51,784 nucleotides of DNA, taken from NCBI GenBank assembly GCA_032718475.1, contig JAUCBJ010008217.1, positions 1-51,784 of the forward strand, in the 5' to 3' direction. The notes under the pieces were generated by a model. That model did not search any database. It was not told the DNA's origin and saw only the letters and a list, made by a program, of their open reading frames with translations. Made by a program: the position numbers and the translations under genes. Within the stretch, counting starts at the first letter, position 1; every line of letters starts with the position of its first letter. The stretch is from Nemertoderma westbladi (taxonomy: Eukaryota > Animalia > Xenacoelomorpha). Below, in pieces: positions 46,101 to 51,784 of the stretch.

Positions 46101-47185
46101 GTAAACAATTAACATTATTTACACTTATCTATATAATGTAAACAATTAACATTATTTACACTTATCTATATAATGTAAACAATTAACATTATTTACACTT
46201 ATCTATATAATGTAAACAATTAACATTATTTACACTATCTAGTATATAATGTAAACAATTAACATTATTTACTCTTATAGTGTAAATAATTAACATTATT
46301 TACTAATAGTACAACCTTTACGATTAGCAGATTATCCTTTATGTTGTGGCCGGTTTGTTTATGAGATTTATCATGATTGTATTTTTGTATTTCGCGTTGC
46401 ATCTTCTGATGGATGGCGTCTCGTGATGTCGAGAATCGGTGGGTCGATTCGTAACCGCAATGTAAAGTAGAACACTTGGATTCGAGTTGACCTTTTACCA
46501 AAGCACATCTCGTCAAACATTCTTCTATATCGTGTAAAGCTAAATAAAAATATAATTATTATAAATATAATTTTATAATCGTATGTAGGCCTATATTATA
46601 TTGTAAAGCTTATACAATTAGGAAGAGAAACGTATAAATCGTATAAAACATATACCCAATGGAATACATAAACCTACCGTTAGCTAAATCATTGTTATCA
46701 ATGTATCTGCTATCGTTGATTGTTTCTCCTAGACTTTCAATAATGTCCAGTTGCGAGTTAAACTCATTAACCAACGAGTTAACTCGCTCCAAAGTCTCTG
46801 CTAACTCATCCATCGTCGGTCTACTTGGATTTATTTCACTGAGTCGGTCAGATATTGAAGATATTTTCTTACTTAGCGAAACAATATAATTTACCTATGA
46901 GAATAATTATAGATAACATGCAGAAGGGTCTCAATGAATAGCAGTTAACATCAGTTAACATCGCTCGATAATTGTAAATTATAAAAGATAGTAGAACTAA
47001 TTATTTTATACTTTTACTGAAATTACTTTACTTACAAATGCGGATGGCATCTGAGAGTATCTGTCTGCTTCTGGGATGTCATCCTTGTCTTCAAACTCGT
47101 CGCTTTCCATTTGGGAATCACCAAGGCTACTATTTTCCACCTCACTAACACCGACATCGTCAACAGCCACGCGAATGCAGACATT
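15937..47185 (-). CDS. Divergent spectraplakin-like protein (MACF1/dystonin/Shot family), 3' portion; 20 exons, 1257 aa reconstructed, 5' end unresolved
   Basis: All 19 introns are GT-AG with matching phases (exon total 3774 nt). Trp-centred spectrin-repeat helices. NP.V..MCNLWEELWLKYQQRRSLLNNALYRL...FTLSDWETRF...KDGKI parallels the spectraplakin last-repeat/EF-hand segment. Confidence 0.8.
16345..20494. repeat. Intronic minisatellite, 28-31-bp unit (minus strand GTTAGT(A/C)CCGAAGAGTCGTGGGAATACAG), ~140 copies, overlapping the donor of exon s
   Basis: Direct reading. The last 11 nt of exon s are part of the array. Internal 1688-bp-offset duplication (ORFs 17314/19002). Confidence 0.97.
20484..20788 (-). 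CDS. Spectraplakin-like exon s (phase 2-1): end of last spectrin repeat and EF-hand 1 region
   Basis: attatag|GAATTC...AATACAG|gttagt; LWEELWLKYQQRRSLLNNAL...NKDGKIGILEL. Confidence 0.87.
21345..21745. mobile_element. Foldback/MITE-like inverted repeat in an intron
   Basis: ~100-bp arm 21345-21442 is the imperfect reverse complement of 21608-21706; a partial extra copy follows to 21745. Confidence 0.6.
21758..21906 (-). CDS. Spectraplakin-like exon r (phase 0-2)
   Basis: attacag|ATGTAT...AGCGC|gttagt; IVEEHRNMESSMKQREHYIDRL. Confidence 0.82.
22225..22394 (-). CDS. Spectraplakin-like exon q (phase 1-0)
   Basis: ctttcag|CCTCAT...GATGAG|gtaatt; QLLEDMIEWLQGA...LPDSLDE. Confidence 0.87.
22414..24083. 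repeat. (GAGT)n / (ACTC)n tetranucleotide microsatellite, ~417 copies
   Basis: Near-perfect; the only interruption I see is near 23995. Fills almost the whole intron between exons p and q. Confidence 0.98.
24136..24410 (-). CDS. Spectraplakin-like exon p (phase 2-1)
   Basis: caattag|GTCGATG...ATTACAG|gtgtga; LSEHKEFEETL...GEELMETCHP. Confidence 0.85.
24615..24769 (-). CDS. Spectraplakin-like exon o (phase 0-2)
   Basis: tttatag|ATAATG...AAAGA|gtaagt; IMQYEIALRQKSL. Confidence 0.82.
25338..25449 (-). CDS. Spectraplakin-like exon n (phase 2-0)
   Basis: ctttcag|TTCTCC...TACAAG|gtaggt; IADWLIDVENIL...GDIDTVSKL. Confidence 0.85.
25760..25854. repeat. 95-bp palindrome (mini-foldback element)
   Basis: CATTTTGAAAAAAAGTTATCTATAGCGCTCTAGATAAT ... 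ATTATCTAGAGCGCTATAGATAATTTTTTTTCAAAATG. Confidence 0.8.
25940..26076 (-). CDS. Spectraplakin-like exon m (phase 0-2)
   Basis: tgtacag|CTCAGA...CAATG|gtgaga; LDELYAMGDSILEHC...IKLAWESV. Confidence 0.85.
26147..27164. repeat. Intronic minisatellite, 22-bp unit TGCT(G/A)TGCCTAGTTACTATAGA, ~46 copies
   Basis: Direct reading; highly homogeneous. Confidence 0.97.
27286..27465 (-). CDS. Spectraplakin-like exon l (phase 0-0)
   Basis: gtttcag|TTTCTG...AAACAG|gtaagt; FLIKYDELIGWLEEA. Confidence 0.87.
27630..27842 (-). CDS. Spectraplakin-like exon k (phase 0-0)
   Basis: atttcag|GAGATT...GAATCG|gtgagt; IQNQLQKIQCDF...NREKNLLE. Confidence 0.85.
28091..29385. mobile_element. Non-autonomous DNA transposon with long (~250-300 bp) imperfect TIRs, probable TA TSD
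   Basis: TA|CGGGGTAACAATAAGGTGCCCTGAATCGAGTGGCGGGGTG ... CACCCCGCCACTCGATTCAGGGCACCTTGTTACCCCT|TA. The inverted match continues inward (GATTGGCTGCTA, TGACGTCATTACAA, GGGGAGTCTTGCGGGTCTTTTGACACTACAAT). Confidence 0.78.
28612..28915. repeat. Cluster of CTCAGCCTAGGCTGAG palindromes inside the TIR element
   Basis: Seen near 28614, 28834, 28866 and 28898, with half sites at 28577 and 28813. Confidence 0.7.
29358..29800. repeat. 49-bp tandem repeat (9 copies) spanning the transposon end and host flank
   Basis: Unit ACTCGATTCAGGGCACCTTGTTACCCCT-TATTCGATTGTTTCTAGCCCA: 28 nt of TIR tip plus 21 nt of flank. Confidence 0.93.
29832..30033 (-). CDS. Spectraplakin-like exon j (phase 2-0)
   Basis: ttttcag|AAATTGG...ACTAAG|gttcgt; NWQTVSYKV...QQIRETK. 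Confidence 0.78.
30210..30280 (+). mobile_element. tRNA-derived SINE head or tRNA pseudogene
   Basis: A-box-like TGGCGGAATGG, B-box-like AGTTCGATCCC, CTTCCAA loop between them; acceptor and anticodon stems pair poorly. Confidence 0.55.
30466..30593 (-). CDS. Spectraplakin-like exon i (phase 0-2)
   Basis: ttattag|AATGAC...AAGAG|gttatt; joins to give DDLDKLKR-NWQTV. Confidence 0.75.
30665..32131. repeat. Intronic minisatellite, 21-bp unit AACTGTGCGTGCTAGGGTACC, ~70 copies
   Basis: Direct reading. Confidence 0.97.
32168..32302 (-). CDS. Spectraplakin-like exon h (phase 0-0)
   Basis: attccag|GAAGTT...ACTCAG|gtgcgc; EVDEKISKLGTAVEILRDLK. Confidence 0.78.
32480..34397. mobile_element. Probable non-autonomous element with an internal ~467-bp tandem duplication (class uncertain, possibly Helitron/Helentron-derived)
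   Basis: TTGGCTCGATCGG..AACC.GTTCTCGAGATC blocks at 33121 and 33588 with colinear similarity after them, and partial copies before and after. GATC-rich, non-coding. Boundaries approximate. Confidence 0.45.
35715..36045 (+). mobile_element. 3' remnant of an RTE-clade LINE
   Basis: RLRFAGYCFRREDQPV..L..W, a frameshift, then GGQPMTFLRRILKDTGL..DL..VMGDRELWR, typical of an RTE C-terminus; short (GTA)n tail. Confidence 0.72.
36134..36289 (-). CDS. Spectraplakin-like exon g (phase 0-0)
   Basis: atattag|GCTATG...CACAAG|gttagt; AMKQYIDDKEGRLNTI. Confidence 0.8.
36406..36655 (-). CDS. Spectraplakin-like exon f (phase 2-0)
   Basis: attacag|TCGCTG...TATAAG|gtaagt; VNFKWSNLQQ...ISVWIYET. Confidence 0.85.
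36812..36963 (-). CDS. Spectraplakin-like exon e (phase 0-2)
   Basis: tttgtag|GAGTTT...ATAGA|gttagt; EFDNWLSVLSEQ...LNRRGEKLI. Confidence 0.82.
37537..41270. repeat. Intronic minisatellite, 41-bp unit GTTGGTCGTTATTCGGAGGTTTGATTCCCGTGCTGCGGCAT, ~91 copies
   Basis: Direct reading; a variant block recurs at a 1476-bp (36-unit) offset (37751/39227). Confidence 0.97.
41416..41640 (-). CDS. Spectraplakin-like exon d (phase 0-0)
   Basis: ctcttag|ATTAAA...TTACAG|gtaagc; IKLRNLSGYESAVDDV...EYFKELQ. Confidence 0.82.
41682..46303. repeat. Intronic AT-rich minisatellite, 40/37-bp unit GTAAACAATTAACATTATTTACACTTATCTA(GTA)TATAAT, ~115-120 copies
   Basis: Direct reading; fills nearly all of the intron between exons c and d. 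Rare variant AGCATATCTAGCAT occurs at ~42621 and ~44364. Confidence 0.97.
46316..46539 (-). CDS. Spectraplakin-like exon c (phase 1-0)
   Basis: tatttag|CTTTAC...GTAAAG|gttgta (weak donor); LHDIEECLTRCALVKGQLE. Confidence 0.7.
46678..46894 (-). CDS. Spectraplakin-like exon b (phase 0-1)
   Basis: ctcatag|GTAAAT...AACG|gtaggt; MDELAETLERVNSLVNEF. Confidence 0.78.
47036..47185 (-). CDS. Spectraplakin-like exon a (phase 0-0)
   Basis: ttttctag|AATGTC...GCATTT|gtaagt; NVCIRVAVDD...QMPSAF. Confidence 0.7.
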
Positions 47186-48970
47186 CTAGAAAAACACAAA
47201 CAGTCCTGAACTCAAACATTCTAGAAAAACACAAACAGTCCTGAACTCAAACATTCTAGAAAAACACAAACAGTCCTGAACTCAAACATTCTAGAAAAAC
47301 ACAAAGAGTCCTGAACTCAATCATTCTAGAAAAATACAAACAGTCCTGAACTCAAACATTCTAGAAAAACACAAACAGTCCTGAACTCAAACATTCTAGA
47401 AAAACACAAACAGTCCTGAACTCAAACATTCTAGAAAAACACAAACAGTCCTGAACTCAAACATTCTAGAAAAATACAAACAGTCCTGAACTCAAACATT
47501 CTAGAAAAACACAAACAGTCCTGAACTCAAACATTCTAGAAAAACACAAACAGTCCTGAACTCAAACATTCTAGAAAAACACAAACAGTCCTGAACTCAA
47601 ACATTCTAGAAAAACACAAACAGTCCTGAACTCAAACATTCTAGAAAAACACAAACAGTCCTGAACTCAAACATTCTAGAAAAACATAAACAGTCCTGAA
47701 CTCAAACATTCTAGAAAAACACAAACAGTCCTGAAATCAAACATTCTAGAAAAACACAAACAGTCCTGAACTCAAACATTCTAGAAAAATACAAACAGTC
47801 CTGAACTCAAACATTCTAGAAAAACACAAAGAGTCCTGAACTCAAACATTCTAGAAAAATACAAACAGTCCTGAACTCAAACATTCTAGAAAAATACAAA
47901 CAGTCCTGAACTCAAACATTCTAGAAAAATACAAACAGTCCTGAACTCAAACATTCTAGAAAAACACAAACTGTCCTGAACTCAAACATTCTAGAAAAAC
48001 ACAAACAGTCCTGAACTCAAACATTCTAGAAAAATACAAACAGTCCTGAACTCAAACATTCTAGAAAAACACAAACAGTCCTGAACTCAAACATTCTAGA
48101 AAAACACAAACAGTCCTGAACTCAAAAATTCTAGAAAAACACAAACAGTCCTGAACTCAAACATTCTAGAAAAACACAAACAGTCCTGAACTCAAACATT
48201 CTAGAAAAACACAAACAGTCCTGAACTCAAACATTCTAGAAAAATACAAACAGTCCTGAACTCAAACATTCTAGAAAAATACAAACAGTCCTGAACTCAA
48301 ACATTCTAGAAAAACACAAACAGTCCTGAACTCAAACATTCTAGAAAAACACAAACAGTCCTGAACTCAAACATTCTAGAAAAACACAAACAGTCCTGAA
48401 CTCAAAAATTCTAGAAAAACACAAACAGTCCTGAACTCAAACATTCTAGAAAAACACAAACAGTCCTGAACTCAAAAATTCTAGAAAAACACAAACAGTC
48501 CTGAACTCAAACATTCTAGAAAAATACAAACAGTCCTGAACTCAAACATTCTAGAAAAACACAAACAGTCCTGAACTCAAACATTCTAGAAAAACACAAA
48601 CAGTCCTGAACTCAAACATTCTAGAAAAACACAAACAGTCCTGAACTCAAACATTCTAGAAAAACACAAACAGTCCTGAACTCAAACATTCTAGAAAAAT
48701 ACAAACAGTCCTGAACTCAAACATTCTAGAAAAACACAAACAGTCCTGAACTCAAACATTCTAGAAAAACACAAACAGTCCTGAACTCAAACATTCTAGA
48801 AAAATACAAACAATCCTGAACTCAAACATTCTATAAAAACACAAACAGTCCTGAACTCAAACATTCTAAAAAAACAAAACGTCCTGAACTCAAACATTTT
48901 AGAAAAACATAAACAATCCTGAACTCAAACATTCTAGAAAAACACAAACAATCCTGAACTCAAACATTCT
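47181..48970. repeat. Minisatellite, 35-bp unit (minus strand TTGAGTTCAGGACTGTTTGTGTTTTTCTAGAATGT), ~51 copies, overlapping the acceptor of exon a
   Basis: Direct reading; the first 5 nt of exon a (AATGT) belong to the terminal unit. Confidence 0.97.
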
Positions 48971-49086
48971 TTGAAATCATAATATAAAGATTTGGTCGCA
49001 GTTATTAAATTAACCAGCCCAAGATAGAAACAGCCGGTGCTTCTACCTTCCATATGAATACAGGAGATTACAGCGTACACATTACG

Positions 49087-49715
49087 CACTGTGCGAATAG
49101 GTACACATACATTAGGACTACACTGTGCAAATAGGTACACATACATTAGGACTGCACTGTGCAAATAGGTACACATACATTAGGACTGCACTGTGCAAAT
49201 AGGTACACCTACAGTAGGATTCTACTTGGTGCAAATAGGTACACCTACACATAGTAGGACTACACTGTGCAAATAGGTACACATACATTAGGACTACACT
49301 GTCAAATAGGTACACATTCAGTAGGACTACACTGTGCAAATAGGTACACCTACAGTTGGACTGCACTGTGCAAATAGGTACACATAAATTAGGACTACAC
49401 TGTCAAATAGGTACAAACACAGTAGGACTACACTGTGCAAATAGGTACACCTACAGTTGGACTGCACTGTGCAAATAGGTAGACCTACAGTAGGACTCTA
49501 CTGTGCAAATAAGTACACCTACAGTAGGACTGCACTGTGCAAATAGGTGCATCTACAGTAGGACTGCACTGTGCAAATAGGTACACCTACAGTAGGACTG
49601 CACTGTGCAAATAGGTACACCTACAGTAGGACTGTACTGTGCAAATAAGTACACCTACAGTAGGACTCCACTGTGCAAATAGGTACACATACACATAGTA
49701 GGACTTCACTGCAAA
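49087..49715. repeat. Diverged minisatellite, ~34-bp unit GCACTGTGCAAATAGGTACACCTACAGTAGGACT, ~18 copies
   Basis: Direct reading. Confidence 0.92.
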
Positions 49716-50039
49716 GAGGTACACTGGCACTGTACTGTACAAAATATTATTATAAACTGACCTAGACTAAGTTGAAGAACTGAACATCTTTTATCTAACC
49801 AAACAATTTAATGGTGGACTATTATATAATTACACAAGTAAACGATAAACAAAACATTATTTTAAACTATTAAAAATTAAATCAAAAAGACCTGCAGTGC
49901 CCGAACTATATTTTGCTGCCTATTAGGGGTGTTTCACCCCTAATAAATAGTATTTTATCCCGTTATTATAGACATGTTTAGGACAAAGAGGTACAAGAAA
50001 TAAAAACTAATAAGTTCGTCCCTGCCTCAGAGTAGGGCA

Positions 50040-51010
50040 ACCTAACAACCTATGGATCTTTTCATGTAATCTCGTTGATCTCTATGGATGCAAAGCTATA
50101 CAGAAGAAATATATTAAACCGCATCAGGGATCCCACTGAGAGACTGTTACGTGGGAACCAAAATGGGTTCCGTAAAGGTCGTGGGACCATGGTGCCTATT
50201 CTGGCACTTATAAGGATAATCGAAGAGTTATCAATAAAGAAAGATTATCTTTGTTGACTTCCTTAAAGCCTTCGACTCAAGTCTCACGCTCACGTATGTT
50301 CAGCATTCTGGCAGCATATGGGATCCCTGAGGAAATTATTGCAGCTATCATCAGATCACTGTACGATGGTTCCACCACATTTGTGTCTACTACTGATGGT
50401 GACACAGATCCATTCGGAGTCTTATGGGGAGTCCTTCAGTGTGACACACTTGCACCATTCTTGTTCATAATTGTCGTTGATAACATTCTACTTATGTCCC
50501 TAGGTCATCTTAATAAAGATGGAGTGTGATAGTAACACCCCCTACTGGATCAAAAAGTAGAAGAAATCCAGCAGAGTACCTGATCAAGACTGATCGTAAT
50601 AATAACTGATCTAGACTTTGCCGATGACCGATGACTTATTAGGGGTGCTGTCAGAAATCACTAGAGGGAGCCCAACGGCTCCTCTGCTCATTGGAGCAGG
50701 TTGCTTATATTGATGGTCTTTTTGTTAACTCCAAGAAGACCAAAATCATGACAGTGAACCTAGACAGCCCACAAGAAATGTCTCATCGTAAGGGCATAAG
50801 CATCAGGGATAGCTTGCTTGAGCACGTGGATGACTTCTGCTACTTGGGATAATGGATACGGAAGTCAGGCGAAGACCTTCGGATGCGTTCACGGCATTGA
50901 ATAGTCTGTCCAAGAAGTCCCATAGAATAAAACGGAATCTCAAGGTTCGATTATTTAGGGCCAGCAGTAGAAGCAGTAATTTACCAGCACCGTAGTACCA
51001 ATCATCTGTG
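50040..51010 (+). mobile_element. Decayed RTE-clade LINE reverse transcriptase fragment
   Basis: AKLY..ILNRIR...NQNGFRKGRGT, ILAAYGIPEEII, GVLQCDTLAPFLFIIVVD, TDLDFADD; several frameshifts. Confidence 0.82.
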
Positions 51011-51050
51011 TGCATATAAGTTGAAGAAAGCGGGTACGACCAGTACCGGC

Positions 51051-51784
51051 GTACCCAGTACTCGTACCCAGTACTCGTACCCAGTACTCGTACCCAGTAC
51101 TCGTACCCAGTACTCGTACCCAGTACTCGTACCCAGTACTCGTACCCAGTACTCGTACCCAGTACTCGTACCCAGTACTCGTACCCAGTACTCGTACCCA
51201 GTACTCGTACCCAGTACTCGTACCCAGTACTCGTACCCAGTACTCGTTCATAGTACTCGTACCCAGTACTCGTACCCAGTACTCGTACCCAGTACTCGTA
51301 CCCAGTACTCGTACCCAGTACTCGTACCCAGTACTCGTACCCAGTACTCGTACCCAGTACTCGTACCCAGTACTCGTACCCAGTACTCGTACCCAGTACT
51401 CGTACCCAGTACTCGTACCCAGTACTCGTACCCAGTACTCGTACCCAGTACTCGTACCCAGTACTCGTACCCAGTACTCGTACCCAGTACTCGTACCCAG
51501 TAATGGTACCCAGTACTCGTACCCAGTACTCGTACCCAGTACTCGTACCCAGTACTCGTTCCCAGTACTCGTACCCAGTACTCGTACCCAGTACTCGTTC
51601 CCAGTACTCGTACCCAGTACTCGTACCCAGTACTCGTACCCAGTACTCGTACCCAGTACTCGTACCCAGTACTCGTTCCCAGTACTCGTACCCACTACTC
51701 GTACCCAGTACTCGTACCCAGTACTCGTACCCAGTACTCGTTCATAGTACTCGTACCCAGTACTCGTACCCAGTACTCGTACCC
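51051..51784. repeat. 13-bp minisatellite GTACCCAGTACTC, at least ~56 copies, runs off the window end
   Basis: Direct reading. Confidence 0.97.

Noticed and set aside
48971-49080. Upstream exon or start (MEGRSTGCFYLGL...) of the spectraplakin-like gene
   Set aside because: The frame is open but has no spectrin similarity or clear acceptor; splicing at the array edge would create a stop. Not supportable without cDNA.

Overview
Repeat-rich animal (metazoan, probably invertebrate) genomic DNA, not prokaryotic. (1) A minus-strand, divergent spectraplakin-like gene (MACF1/dystonin/Shot-type spectrin repeats, EF-hand region, apparently degenerate GAR end). I reconstructed 20 phase-consistent GT-AG exons from 47185 to the stop at 15937 (3774 nt, 1257 aa); its 5' part is not resolved in the window. 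Many introns are inflated by intron-private tandem repeats. Two arrays are amplifications of the splice junction itself (about 140 copies of a donor, about 51 copies of an acceptor) and a third is a branch-point-like (ACTC)n. (2) An intact, intronless 687-aa GMP-synthase homolog (5345-7408, minus) with essentially all catalytic motifs altered, so a candidate pseudoenzyme. (3) Between the two genes, a four-layer transposon nest (7956-15347): an 8-bp-TSD MITE, a CR1/L2-group LINE, a TTAA piggyBac-type non-autonomous element, and an IS3EU element carrying a DDE transposase and a HECT ubiquitin-ligase remnant. (4) Further MITEs, RTE fragments, a tRNA-like SINE head and a 5-kb minisatellite. Homology calls come from motif recognition by eye, not database searches. 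Copy numbers are array length divided by unit length.
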